DNA of 64,000 nucleotides from Camelus dromedarius (lineage: Eukaryota): assembly GCF_036321535.1 (NCBI RefSeq), contig NC_087436.1, forward strand, positions 100,256,001 through 100,320,000. Direction: 5' to 3'. The notes below the pieces were generated by a model, which saw only the letters and a list, made by a program, of their open reading frames with translations, did no database searches and was not told where the DNA came from. Shown here piece after piece: positions 26,581-40,019 of this stretch. Each line of letters opens with the position of its first letter. The first letter of the stretch is position 1. Both the position numbers and the translations under genes were made by a program.

Positions 26581-28959
26581 ATAAATGTAAGAGGTAGCTG
26601 CACAGAATTATTCATCTTCATGAGTGGATTTGGAGCATTTAATACATAGGTAAAAACCTGCAAGTTGTACACTTAATCTATTATAAATAATTTTGTATTT
26701 AATCTAGTTATAACAGTGCTAGGCACACAGTAAAAATTCAAAAAGGTTGTTTTAATTTTTATTGTTGATACAACATTGAGCCCTTGAACATGCAAGATTT
26801 AAAGAATAAGAAAAAATTGATCGGGTCATATGCTTGCAAAAGGGTGGACAACTCATGTCTAAAACAAAATTTACTTTGGTTCCAAAGTTATTTAATTATG
26901 TTGGGTTGCTTTGTTCAGGCATGTGTATTCAAAGTATTCCTTTACAGTGATAGTGAACTAATTTAGGTTAGTGTTACATCTATTTGGCTCTAAAGAGAAC
27001 TGACTGATGAAGGCGGGATGGAGGTATCCAAGAACAGACTTGGTGGCACAGAGCGAGCAAAGGCAGTCACTTCCCTAAATGTTGTACGCTTGTGTGAGAT
27101 ATGGTGGTGGCTGCACAGACTTGCAGTTTAGAAGAATTTTCTGGCACTTAATATGCCCCATATTCAATTTTTAAAATTTTATGGATGAATTCTCATGAAA
27201 AGATAAGGTTTTTAAAAGAAAATTTATGTATGGAATAATTAAGTATCTCTATTAGAAAAAATGTAATCCCTTTTATTTATCAAAATACAGTATTCAACTT
27301 ACTAAATTTTCTTGTAATCTCTCGTATGGGCTTTCTGCAGAATATAAGAGGATTTCTGCTCTTCCTTTACTCTAAAACCAAGTAGGAATACAAAGAATCA
27401 AAGTTAAAAAGAGGGCTGTTAGAATTCCTTTGAAGACTGTAAAAAGACTCATTTTTTGCTACCATGGCAGTGAAGTGAAATCGGAGGTTATCCACTGTGG
27501 GAGTACCAAGGTTTTAAGGTGACACATTCAAAAAGCTCTTCTTTGAATACACTTGTTGTGCTTTTGATCCTTTCTGAGGAATAGAAAAAGGGAGGGAGAG
27601 AAAAAAAAAAAATAGAGTGTTATACCAAATAAGGCATGAGCTCCAGAAATAACTAGAATCGCACTGCTTTAAATCTATTGCATTAAAAGCTATAAATAAC
27701 ACACAACTGATGGTTTGGCAGTAGTGAAATGGGAGTCAAGTGCAAAATGTGCTTGCTGCTGTTTTGCACAATCTCTCAAATGACATGAGCAGCGCAGCAT
27801 TCAGTGCACTGGATGTAACCAGTTTTATGAATTTCTTTAACAAGTGGAATAGTCTTAAAGAAGGATAAATTCTGGCAGCTGCCCTCTGATTTGGCATGCT
27901 TTCCAGATAGCAGGAAAATGACAGTTCTTATTTTTTTCACTATTGCTATTATATTTTCTGTAGATGCAGCAGCATTGCAAATCCAGATATTCTGCGGTTG
28001 ATACTGAAAATAAAAATATATAATACGACCATCTACTGTTCAATTTTATTTTCAATCTGTAAACAATGGAGGTGAATTTATTTTTCTTTCACTGAATCTG
28101 TATTGCAGTGTTCCTCTCTCTCTCTCTCCCTAACATGCAATGAGGAAATAATATTTCAAAGAATAAATGGGGCTCACTATAAGCTTGAAAATCAAGAAAG
28201 TTACAGACATCACAATTGCCGTTCAACTGAATAGGCTATTTCAATTAGAGAAATCCATTTGAAAAGAGAACGGTTTCAGTCCTTGTTATAAGGAGTCATG
28301 AGCATTCAAGGAAGATTAGTCTCATCCGCTCTCACAGGAATTACCCTTCCACATGAATACCCTCTCTTTCTCGTATTCTGAAAAACTGTCATTTTTTTCT
28401 TCCAAACGGAAAGGGAAAAAAAAAGTAATAACTTTAGAGATCTTGACAAACATTTTCTTAAACACTGACTAGCAGACGTGTTGATGATTCCTGCAAAGAA
28501 GTTTAAGATGAAAATGCATTAGGGGAAAGAGGAGAGAAACAGAAGTGCTTAGGTCCTGGCAGAAGCATCCTCTCTTGGGGCAGAGTCAATGCCAGAAACG
28601 CGCTTCAGGGACACAACTATTTTCCAGCCAAAACCCTTTGGTGAGGCTAAGGTTAGTCCTGAGCTGGGAGGAGACAGCATGCATCTCACCTTGCCCACAA
28701 GTTGCAATCTGTATCCAGATTGGTGTGACAGGGTAGACTTACCACACAGAACTTGTGAATATATGAAGTGGTGTCAGCAATTGATGAGAAGTGAAACACT
28801 GTCACAAAGTTGTCTTTTCTGTGTAATTTCTACTAGACATCCAACTAGTATGGAAATAAAGAGGCCTCTTAAAATCATCTTTTAAGAATGTATGTGGGAG
28901 CACAGGAGAGCTCTTATTGATCACCACTCTAGCAACAATTTTGAACAGCTTTGAGGAGC

Positions 28960-29262
28960 TGTGTGTAGCTGACACTTGGCTGTCCCTTACCAGCACCCAG
29001 TCCCTCTCACCTCCTGTCTTGGGCAACTGCTCTAATGCTGCCACGTGGAACGTCCTCTAGTGCTCTAGCACGTGCACCCCCACAAGTGCAGTGGTGTTAA
29101 CCTTTGACCAGTGGGGAACAGAAGCCAAGGTACATGCTTCCCTCTGCTGTCCCCTGGGCAGAGTTTTGGGATGCATTACACTTTTCAAAACTTTCTGTGA
29201 GATTGAGCAATGGGCACCTGCAGGTGGCCGACAGTAATTCCTCGCATATTGTGTGTTGGTTC
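28960..29262 (+). mobile_element. LTR16-like ERVL LTR fragment, cut by L1
   Basis: 'ggtgttaacctttgaccagtgggg...gtcccctgggcagagttttgggatgcattacac...gagattgagc' resembles LTR16; it stops at the L1 poly(T). Confidence 0.5.
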
Positions 29263-29973
29263 TTTTTTTTTTTTAAATTGAATTATAGTTGATTTACAAT
29301 ATTGTGTTAATTTTAATATACAGCAAAGCGATTCAGTGATATTTACATATATATGTATTCTTTTAAAAATTCTTTTCCATTATAGGTTATTACAAGAAAT
29401 TGGATATAGCTCCCTGTGCTATACAGTAAACCCTTGTTGTTTATATATTTTTATATGTAGTGATGTGTATCTGTTAACCTCATATATCTAATTTATCCCT
29501 TCCCCCACTTTCCCCTTTGGTGACCATAAGTTTGCTTTCTATATCTGTGAGTCTGTTTCTGCTTTGTAAATAAGTTCATTTGTATTATTTTTCAGATTCC
29601 ACATATAAGTGATATATTTGTCTATTTTTGTCTGGCTTAATTTACTTATTAGTATGATAATCTCTAGGTCCAAACATGTTGCTGCAAATGGCAATATTTC
29701 ATTCTTTTTATGGTTGAGTAGTATTCCATTGTGTATATATACATATATATGTGTGTGTGTGTGTATACTACATCTTCTTTACCCATTCATCTGTCGACAG
29801 ACACTTAGGTTGCTTCCACGTTTTGACTATTGTAAACAGTGTTGCTATGAACACTGGGTTGCATGTGTACCTTTTCAAATTAGAGTTTTCCTCTTTTCTG
29901 GATATAGGCCCAGGAGTGGTATTGCTGGATCATATGGTAAGTCTATTTTTAGTTTAAGAAATCTCCATACTGT
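29263..29973 (-). mobile_element. L1 3' end (3' UTR plus ORF2 terminus), cetartiodactyl-type, 5'-truncated
   Basis: Poly(T)12, then 'aattgaattatagttgatttacaatattgtg...ctccctgtgctatacagta...ccataagtttg...cagattccacatataagtgata...catgttgctgcaaatggca...cccaggagtggtattgctggatcatatggta...ctccatactgt'. Confidence 0.92.
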
Positions 29974-30251
29974 AAGGTGGGCAAAGCTGCTCAGCTTAAT
30001 GCTGTATAATCATTAAAAGTAAGACAAATAAAAACCAATGCTATATATAGCTTTTCAGGTATAGAGAACCTCTAGATAGAGTGCTAGTTAAGAAAAAGTC
30101 ATCACCTAGAAATAAATACTCTTACTCTAATAAGACGCATCCACTAATTTACCTGGGGTTCTCCCAGAAGCAGACACTGAACCAAAGCTAAGTAGACTAG
30201 TTTATTAGGAAACCTATTTTGTGTAGTAAGAAATGAAAGACAAAAGAACAA

Positions 30252-30420
30252 TTCAGCAAGTTGTGTTGGGAAGGCTGGATGGCTGCGTGTAAATCAATGA
30301 AGTTAGAACACCCCCTCACACTACACACAAAAATAAACTCGAAATGGCTTAAAGACTTAAATGTAAGACTTGACACCATAAAACTCCTAGAAGAGAACAT
30401 AGGCAAAACATTCTCTGACA
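30252..30420 (+). mobile_element. Internal L1 ORF2 fragment (C-terminal region), no 3' UTR or tail
   Basis: Translates [52 protein letters not shown], matching the conserved L1 ORF2 motif 'CWENW...MKLD...[24 protein letters not shown]'. Confidence 0.9.
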
Positions 30421-30890
30421 AATATTATAGCATTATTTTCCCTGTTACATCATCAGATACACCTACTGTCTCTTTTGAATTTCCTTCCCTGGGTCCTTTC
30501 ATCTATATGGGTCAGAAAAATTTATGTGCTTCTCAGTGGGCTTGTAAAAACACGTTCAATATCAACTTTACAATGCACTGTTTAAGTAAGTGCTAACTCT
30601 AGTGGGTTTTATACTAAATTGAGGACAAGATCTTTGTTGTATTTATAGTTATATCTCTAGTACATCAGAGTAGATGGTCTATAAATATTTGAGAATAAAT
30701 CAATAATTAAATTATGGTAGTGTTTAGCCTTCCTTTAAATATCTAATCCTTCTCTAAGATCTCTTATTGTGGTGACATTGGTTGAATTCTTATTCAAGAA
30801 ATCAAGTGGCCCAGCTCCATATTATTGCCAGCAAAAGAAGTCTGTCTTACACTCTTCGATTTCAGCTCTTTTTGATTGTAGCCCTCATAT

Positions 30891-32200
30891 CATTCACTCA
30901 TTGGACTAACATTGATTATGTGCTCATTATCCAGCAGGCATTGAGACAAGCATTCGGGAACAAAGATCTAGACAGAGTGCTTGCTTTCTTAAACCCTAGA
31001 TTACAGCCTAATGGGGAAACCAGGAATTAACACCTGGACAATTAAAAGTTGTAGTATATGAAACAAAGGTAGCGAATAGCTTGTGAATAGAAAAAAAAAT
31101 CTGCTTTAAAGCAGTGAAGGATAGTTTAACTTAAATTTTGACTTTTATATTGTAAAAAGAGTAAGAGAAAGAAAATTTAAGGCAGAGGGGACAGCATATA
31201 AGAATAATCTGACGTGGGAAAGAACTGGTTATTTTCTATGGACTATAATAAAGATGGTGTGGATGGACCTGGTGAAGGGGAGGGAGGGGCTGGTAAAGAA
31301 TGAATTCAGAGAGGAAAGTAAGGGCAACTACAAGGTCAGAAAAGTCATCTTCAAACCTGGGCTTCATTTGGGTTGCAGTAAGAAGTTACTGAAGGTTTTA
31401 AAGGACTGGAGTTATAAAATGTGATGAATACCTTATAAACAATTAGGCTATTACTCTATGGAAAACCAAGCGGAAGGCATTAAGAGTGAATTGAGAAGAG
31501 AGCAGTTAGATCAAGGTGTCTGCAGCCTATCAGAGAAGTGGAATCACACAGGAGCTATACATTTGTGAGTCAATATTTAAATCAGATTTAAAGCAAAGGA
31601 AATAGATCACCAAGGAAGAGAATAATAGAAAGAAGAAAAGAGAAGCAAAAACTGCCCCTGAGTGGATTCAACAAAGAAAAACTCAGCCTGTCAGAGGGAA
31701 TGTCTGGAATACTCAGTGTCCCAGAAACTGCAAGATAAAAGTGTTTCAAGATGTTTTGAGGATCATTAACTATGTCATATGCTCCCAAGAGTTCTAGAAA
31801 GTTTATTACCAAAGTGCATTGTTTGAAATTTGTAAAATGTAGGTCATTGCCAATCTTAGAAGAAAAATATGCATACTGACTTGGTTGTAGAGATGCCAGA
31901 TAAGAATGATATAATGAGTTGTAGTATCAATTAAATGTATGTATGTATGTGTGTATAAATATATACAGTTTGTTGTAATTTTGCCTGTGAAGAGGCAAAT
32001 GCTTAAGTAGAATTGCAGTGAAGATATGAAAATCAGGGAGGGGAAGTTAGAGAGCCAGAGAAGACTATTTAGAAGAGGAGATTGCTTACTTCGGTCCTGA
32101 GGAATAAATAGGAACCAGTTAGCCATTCTTGACAGACAAGCAACAAGGGGACAAAGTAAAGGGAGAGGTGGAATCCTATTGCACTGGGGAGTTTTCACAT
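30891..32200 (-). mobile_element. Degenerate L2 fragment(s)
   Basis: Starts 'tcattcactcattgg...gtgctcattatccagcaggca'; purine-rich body 'aggcagaggggacagcatata', 'gaagttactgaaggttttaa', 'atcattaactatgtcatatgctccc'. Confidence 0.6.
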
Positions 32201-33761
32201 AACCATCATCCATCAAGGTGTTGAAATGTAAAGCTTAGCACTTCTTCAGAGCAGTATCCAAATTCATAAATTCAGTAAGTTCACATCCACTTTCTTCTCC
32301 ATATATTCTCTTTATAACACATGTGGAATTAGAGATGACTGAGTATCTGTAGGAATACTAGACCAGAAGGTTAATTTGCAAACTAATTTTCAGTAAGTAT
32401 TCTTGTTGCAAATAGTTAATTACATTTGATCTTAAATTTTTAGGCTTTTTGTGATTTAAAAATGTACATATGTTTTTTTCAGTTTAAATCAAAATATCTA
32501 TTTTTTGCGTGTTGTAGTTCGATTTACGCCTGCTCAGTTCAACTTGTAATCTAACTGTATAAATTTAAAGTATGCAATCATTTCAAATACTATAACAAAT
32601 CTCATACTAATTTCCTCTATACTAGTTTAAGATCCTTTAAATGGGAAGAATATTGGTAATCTATGTGCAAGTTACTGCTATTACTTTTCTTAAAGGATCA
32701 GTGCTAATAAGATGTCCAGGTACACTGAAGACTGAATGATGTGCTGAATTTTTAAGAGGACATGTTTGAGATGCAGTCTCTATGGAAAACTGCACTCTAG
32801 GGAGAGGTTTTTATTGGGTGTCCTGGAAAAAATTTTACACTTGTCAGTATGTCTTCAGCAACAGAAAATGTTTTCTAGGAACTTCTTTGGCTATAAATTC
32901 CAGAAACAGCAGGATTAATTCATTGACGTGATTCAGAACCCAGTGAAATGAAAAAAGAAAGACTCATTTTCATTTCAATGCTCTGGAGAATAAGGCAGCT
33001 GGGCACAAAAGTCACACAACTTTATGACCTTATGTTGAGAAAGTAATATTAGGAAAAAATCCTGCCAGCAGTTATGTGAGTTGGGATTCACTGTCTCTAG
33101 TCCCCAGTATAATACTGAAATATACCTTATTAAATTAGCTATTGTCAATGAAAGTAAGAAGCATATGGAAAATCATTGGTAAAATGTTCTTAATTAATTG
33201 CTTCTCTGTCCTTGTAAAAAGCAAAGTCTAATAGCTGTAAAAGACAAAAAATAAAATAAAATAAAATTCTTACCTGTATCCACAGTAGAGAAAACATTTG
33301 CATTTAAGTGAAGTCAGACTGATTTCCTCCATTTATAAAGGCAAGCATTCTTATCCAGGTAGTTTAAACAAACTGTCTAGTATTTAAATAATTAAAAAAT
33401 GAAGACATTACACACTGTGGCCTTTTCAAGTTCACTCAGATCTTTAAAAAATGTTTTCTATTTAGTTTACACATCTATTGACTAAAGTGATATTAAAGAA
33501 AAGGCAATTACTTTTAGAAAACTGTCATTGTTTTCAAGAACTCGGACAAAAATGATTACTTTTAATTGATAGATGTAAAACTCGGTTATGACATATTTTG
33601 TAGACAAAGGGTGAGTACTTTTAATGTAGAGCTGCATATACTGGAAACTAGTTATGAAGTCAGAGGAGGTGAACAATGTCAAGAGTCAAGGGGCCACGGG
33701 AAGCTGCAACCTATTTCTTCCAAGAGCAAAACATACAAATTATGGAACCAGTACTACCTGG

Positions 33762-34168
33762 TATATCAGTCTGCTCAGGCTGCCAAAATGGCACACCGCA
33801 GGCTGGGTGGCTTAAGTAACAGAAAAATATCCATTCACGGTTCTGGAGCCTGGAAGTCCAAGATGCAGCAGCGGGCAAGGTCCGTCTCCAGTGAGGCTCC
33901 TTTCCTTGTTTTGCAGATGGCAGCCTTCTCCCCACATCCGCACAACCTTTTTCCTCTGTGTGGTCTCACTCCTGGCATCTCTTCCTCTTCTTATAAAGAG
34001 ACTAGTCCTTTTGAATTAGAGTCCCAACTTTATGACCTCATTTAACTGTAATTACCTCTTTAAAGGCACTATGTACAAATACAGTCACACTGAAGGTGTG
34101 GTCTCAACCTACGAACATTTTTTGTAGGCCGAGGAGGAACGGGGAGAAGCCCAATTTAGCACATAACA
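33762..34168 (-). mobile_element. MaLR LTR (MLT1A0-like), full length
   Basis: 'tatatcagtctgctcaggctgcc...ctgggtggcttaa...gttctggagcctggaagtccaagat...ttgcagatggcagccttct...tatgacctcatttaac...aatacagtcacactg...cataaca'; degenerate TSD cctgg/tttgg. Confidence 0.9.
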
Positions 34169-37100
34169 TTTGGTAAATTTTTCTTTGTTCAGCTTTTTGC
34201 AGTGATGTTTTCAGTGACCAATGGGCCACACAGGTAAATAAGCTGTAACCTTAACAAGTAAACTGAGCTGTATATTCATTTCCATCTTTCAGACTCTTAA
34301 CTTTATTCCAATTCAGTTGTGTTATTTATTGGATTTTTTTTAAATGAACTGCAGCTTTTTACTTACAGCTCTTAGTTAAAAATGATGTATGTATTTCTGC
34401 CATAGAGAGTGGATATTTGATATACCTAAATCTCAAATTAAAAAATAAAAAGGGTGGGGTGTTTTGTGCCGTAATATCCTTCCAACTCCATTTTCCATCA
34501 TGATATTTCTATTCATAACCACTATTATGAAGAAAATATAGGACACATTTATTTAAATATGACTTTTGTATTACTTGCATCTGTGGGCTCCCCCTTTCTA
34601 GTTAAACATGTAGAGAAGGCATCTGGTTCAAAGATGCATTTAAACTAGTTGTAGCTACAAATTCTTCTTCCTTTATTTTACTAAAGGTCTTAATTAGGTA
34701 GTCTATCCTGGATGAGAGTGTAGATCATGTCTCTTGTAATATAAAGGCTATATTATATTTGTAGTTTTGGATATTTCAATATTGCTGCTTTAAAAACCTT
34801 CAAAATAGTGGGATAAGACATAGGTTAAAAAATAAGGAAAATTGACTGTGATCATAAAGCTGTAAAATATATCAGGGGTATAGGAGTCAGTAAATTCCTA
34901 GGGGCTGGAGAAGTTGAAAAATTCCTTATGAAAGTCTTGTAAGTTGAACTTATGTGGAGAGCATTTTAATAGACAAGGAAGTAGTTTATCAAAACATTCC
35001 ATCTATATTTTTCCAGGGGTAATGGAAACTGTATGATACTCTGACTTAATAAGATTTTATTTATTATATAAGTGAGAAAATTTTGTGTATATATATATAT
35101 ATTTATATATGCTCTTAGATCAATGGTTCTATATAAGTTAATTCTTCATTTTCTATTTCTCTGGATAAATCTGTGGCCCCATAGGTGAAAAATTCTCTGA
35201 AGAAATATATTTCTGAAAATATATGAGGAATGTAAAATTATGTTCCTATAGCCTAACTGGACTACATACCCTAAAATTAGCTCTTTGTAGCTTTTAAGAT
35301 ACCTCTAGAGCATTAGAAAGTAAAAGGCAATTTTTATTGTTCTCCTGAAGAAAGATTCAAAGAGCATAAACTTACCCAAAGGAATAAGGTAATTTGTTTA
35401 TAATGGATCATGAGGGAAAAAAAAATGTGTAAAAATATTTGGTAAGAAATATGAAATATAAATAAGCAAGTTAATATACCAAGGAAACAATCTACTGCAA
35501 AATTTGAACTATATTTTTCAAAATCCATGAAAAAAAAATAATTAAGCTAAAAAATATTTTCCAAGGAAACTGACTCACAATATTTACTTGTGTACACTTC
35601 AGATCATAAAAAGAATATTATTTCGACATTTTTAGTTATTATTAAATTTCTGCCTTCTAGTATTAGCAATGTCATGTTTCCCTTTTAACGTGTGAAGGCT
35701 TATTTATTAGTACCATTGGCCATATATAAGATACCTTGTTGAGAGCAACAATCTTTGCCGTATAAATTCCATCATGCTACTCTAGTTCGTTGTTCTACAG
35801 GAGTTCTTGAAAACTAATCTGTCTAAAAGAAAATTGGTAAAGGTAAAATACGTTAAAATGTGTTCAGATAATGAATACATAGTTTATTCACTTATATTGT
35901 GAAAACATTCTGTTAAAAAGTGATTCTATTGCTAAACGCGTATGTGCCTGAGTATAGATTATGCATGCAGTCATTTTATATTATATAAAGACATTCATTA
36001 GATTTGAAGATTCATTTAAAGTATCACTATATTCCAAATGATCAGTTTCCATTTTCTGTTCTAAAAAATTAAATTGGACAAACCTCTGAATTTACTAATC
36101 TAGTACTAAATAATGCCTGGATTTTTGTTACTATATTTATGACAAAACCTATGTAAACTCATAATAATTATCATAAAAATCTGTATTGCTAAAATTATTC
36201 CAGAAAACATTTTTCTATGTCATTACCTCCTCTCCAATAGTATTAGATGCAGTGATTTAATTTTACGTGTATTGATAAACATTTGATGTTTGATTTTAAC
36301 AATCATATTAATAATTCCAACATCAAAATATTTTAATGTGTATATGTACATACATATATACACACATGTTTACATAATTCAATGTATCTATCAACATATA
36401 CAAATTTAGTAGAATTAATACAATTTGTTCACTCTTTATAAATCTGAATATAAAGTATTTATAGGAAAACTTTATTACATATTGTTTCACCATAATCTGA
36501 ATTCTTACCAATCATTACCACTAAACAGAAATTTAAAAATATATATATTTCCAAACAGTGATTAATTAATTTCCTTGGACAATTAAACTAGAGAACTAAA
36601 TCAAACTAAAGCAAACAAAACAAGTGGGGAAAGGGAATGCACACTGTATTTTTTAAGGCTGCTTCATATTCAAGTGTTTATTCCACTCTTTGCCACAGGT
36701 CCTTTCTCACTGCTCAATTCTTCTCTTCTCGGTGACCAAAATGAACTGGAAAAGATACCAGAAGCAGGTGACAGCTGGACTATCATCTCAGACAGAAATT
36801 TCAGGAAGTTGTTAGTTCTAAGTCTGATACTTCCCTCTGCATCCTTCTCCCAGACGGTGTTATTTCGAAAATGGTTTGAAATGCCTATCTTCAAATTCAC
36901 ACACTGGTGAATAGTGAGTTAACAATCATAACTTGGAAACATCTTGATAGATTCTTTTGTTATGTAGGTATAAATATATTATATATAATTTATTCTAGTA
37001 AATATTGTATTTCATCATTATATATTCAAATTGCATTACACTGGCAAATACGGGTTAAAAAATTGGTTGGTACATGACTTCCTGAATAGATAAAATAGCT

Positions 37101-39023
37101 CCAGTAAGACACAACCCTTTAAAGTTATTCTAGAAACTTATCTCTGAATCCTTGTTATTCTTCTCTGTTCCCTTTCTTCTGCTTTGCTCTTGTTCTCTGA
37201 GAACTGATGATTAGTTGCTACATTTGGAAGCCTGGGGGAGTGGGAAGAGAGTCTGATATTTCTGTGATCACAGTCACAATCCTGGGTGTCACCAAAATTG
37301 ATCTGGGCATTGTCCCTCCATCCACAACCCCAAATCATTGAAAATAAAATGTCATCTCTCCCTGAAATAGTAGCTTATTTTAATATACTAAGTGGCACGA
37401 TTAAAATAGGCCCCAAAATAACTAGATAGCAGAGAAAAGTGACATATAAATAACGAATCAGGATCATGGAGAGATGTAATACAGGCAAATGAGATGATGA
37501 GAGCAATGGTACGCTGGCAAGAAACCAAACAGAATGTGCAGATTTTTATATGCTTGGAGCCTGAATAGCAAGGTGGAAAGCCAGAAATGATGAGGCAGGA
37601 CTGGACCAAAACTGCATCATTGATAGTTCTAGAAACAGGAAGAGTTTATAACTATATACTGATTGACTGAACAAATATTATTCAATTACTGCATTATTAG
37701 ATCCACATAAAATAGATTCAAATATGATTAAATAGTGAAGCACAGTTATTTCTGGAAATTCCCTTAAATGCAAGCCACACAAAGGCAGTTCCACAATAAT
37801 GTATCCTGCTTATAATATACTTACAGTATCTTAATTTGTAAATACTTATTAATTTTTCAATTAATGTAAGAATGTAGAATAAATGAGCAAGTTCAAGTGT
37901 TTCTAAAACTAAAAAGTCTCCCTTTCTCTTGCTACTAAATCTTTTATTCAGATGTCAATGTAACCAATGATTCAATAATTTGCTAAATATAAATATTCCC
38001 TCCTGAAACTCTGTCTCACTTTATTTTAAATTGCATATTCATAATTCCAAACTGATTTCCAAAATAAAATTCTATACATTTGCACTTGGACTTCAAGTTT
38101 CTTTGCCTTCTGTTCATTTTTTAAAATATGTGTACCCTTTAAGAATAGAGGGTGCCTGCAAACAGTTGCTATATCTACATACAGTTGTATATTTCCAGCT
38201 GTTTTATAAAGTACATCTTTATTTTTCAATACACACGGGAATGAATTCTTTATACCGGTGAAATTCACAGGCTTTTGCACAGCCACTACAAACTCTAAAA
38301 TGAAAAGAGTTCCTTGCTGTGAAATAGAGACATAAAAATATGTTAATTGGGAGTTATTGTAAGTATATTTTTTCTAAGCAATATATACTTGGTATAATTA
38401 CCTTTGCTTCATCAAACAGACAGACTTAGAATTTCAATCTTTATGAGAAAAATAAAACAAAACATTAATCCTTGTAAACTAGAAATAATAATAAAGACAA
38501 TTTTACTCTTTTAAAATTATATTATAATCTAATTTATGTTAGTAGGAAGACATGACTAGGATAAATACACTGAAAATAAATATTATTAAACTAAAACCAG
38601 ATATAGAAGATTTGTGAAAAAAGTTATTGTATTGAATTATTTAGAAATATAATCAATATTAAAAATAATCTGCCAAAGATGAAAATGTTGAGTTAGAGCT
38701 GTTATTACCTTGACTCCAAAAAATATCTCTGGAGCTGAAGATCACACGGGAATACAACAAAAGAAAAGTTTTATATACTTTATAACATAAATATCAAAAG
38801 TAGTTTGATCAGGAAATTGGGAATTTCATTTTCAGCTATTTGATGGACTTGCTATTTTGGAAAAATACATTTTATAAGTCTCTTTAAAACATACTGACAT
38901 ATTCTGAATACATTACAACAAATATTCTGTTGAATGCATTCAGGGCCTTTCATGAGCCTTTTCTCTGGTCCTATCTTCTCAAGGCAGATCACACCATCTA
39001 GGCTTGAGGGCTGGCCAAGGGAA

Positions 39024-39479
39024 AGTTATGGGGTCCAAACTCATTCTGCTTACCACATGACAGGCCAATAAATTGGGAGATGAGGTGTTGGGGCAAGGAA
39101 TAACAACTTTATTTGGAAAGCTAGCATTCCAAGAAGATGGTGGACTAATGTCCCGGAGAACCATCTTCCCCGAGTTTGAATTCAGGCTTCTTTTATAATA
39201 AACGGGTGAAGTCCTGGTTCCCACCAGCCTCTGGAAGAGAGGTGTTCATTTCTTCCTTCCTGCCGCCATTCACAGGTGAGCCTGGTCAGAATGTTTCCTG
39301 TGAGCTAAACAAAGGTCAAACGCTTGTTATCTGTGAGGCAAGGTTCCCAGAGATGGTCCATTATGTATAACTTAAGCTTACAGGCTACATCCCTTTATAA
39401 TTAACAAGCAATAGAATATAAAGGTTAAAGTAAAAGAAACAGATCTAATATAGAATCAGATTTGTTCTTCCCTGTTACA
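39024..39479 (-). mobile_element. Solo ERV1 LTR (MER41-like)
   Basis: Minus strand starts TGTAACAGGGAAGAACAAATCTGA; minus-strand TATAAAA (~39191-39197) and AATAAA (~39107-39112); flanks gggaa/gggag are consistent with a TSD. Confidence 0.85.
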
Positions 39480-40019
39480 GGGAGGCTGGCTATTCACCAG
39501 CCCTGGAGGTGGGGTGGGATTTTATGGACTGAAGACATACATGCTACACAGTTTTGTTGTTCATATGGTGGTGTGCTGCATTCTTGTTTGTACAACTGGG
39601 GGTTGGAAGAGAAGACTGGACTGCAGGCCAGAGACCTACATTTGTGCTCTGCTTTCTGCCACACAAATGTTAGAGATGCACCTAGTCTCAGGATTTCTTC
39701 TAGTTTGTAAATAAAGAGTCCCCTTAGGAATGAATAATCAGAAGCTTATTCTCATAGATGCAAATTCACACTCTGTGAGTGGTGTGAGGAGCACCAAACT
39801 GAGCAATAATCTTTAAGTGGTCTTGAGTTTACAGTGACATGAACTAGACAAAGCAAAAGTAATCTCTGGAAAAACGCAACCCCTCCTCTCCACTAATCAA
39901 AAATGAGCAACTCCTTCTTCCCCCAAATCAGAAGAATTTAAGTTTAAAATTAAACTTAAAAAAAAAAACCTATTAATGTTCTCCTCTGTATATATCACAC
40001 TTCCTTTGGCCCTCTAAAT

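Noticed and set aside
29609..30016. 135-aa and 68-aa plus-strand ORFs
   Set aside because: Antisense readings of the L1 3' end; a common source of spurious proteins.
33566..34045. Longest ORF in the track (159 aa)
   Set aside because: Mostly runs through an MLT1A-like LTR in antisense; no recognisable domain and no true ATG start.
36686..36914. Plus-strand exon-like segment after 'ttccactctttgccacag'
   Set aside because: The acceptor is plausible, but the available donors (CAG|gtgaca, ATA|gtgagt) are weak and the peptide is unrecognisable.
39937..39960. 11-bp inverted repeat tttaagtttaa/ttaaacttaaa
   Set aside because: Short and nearly all A/T; no supporting context.
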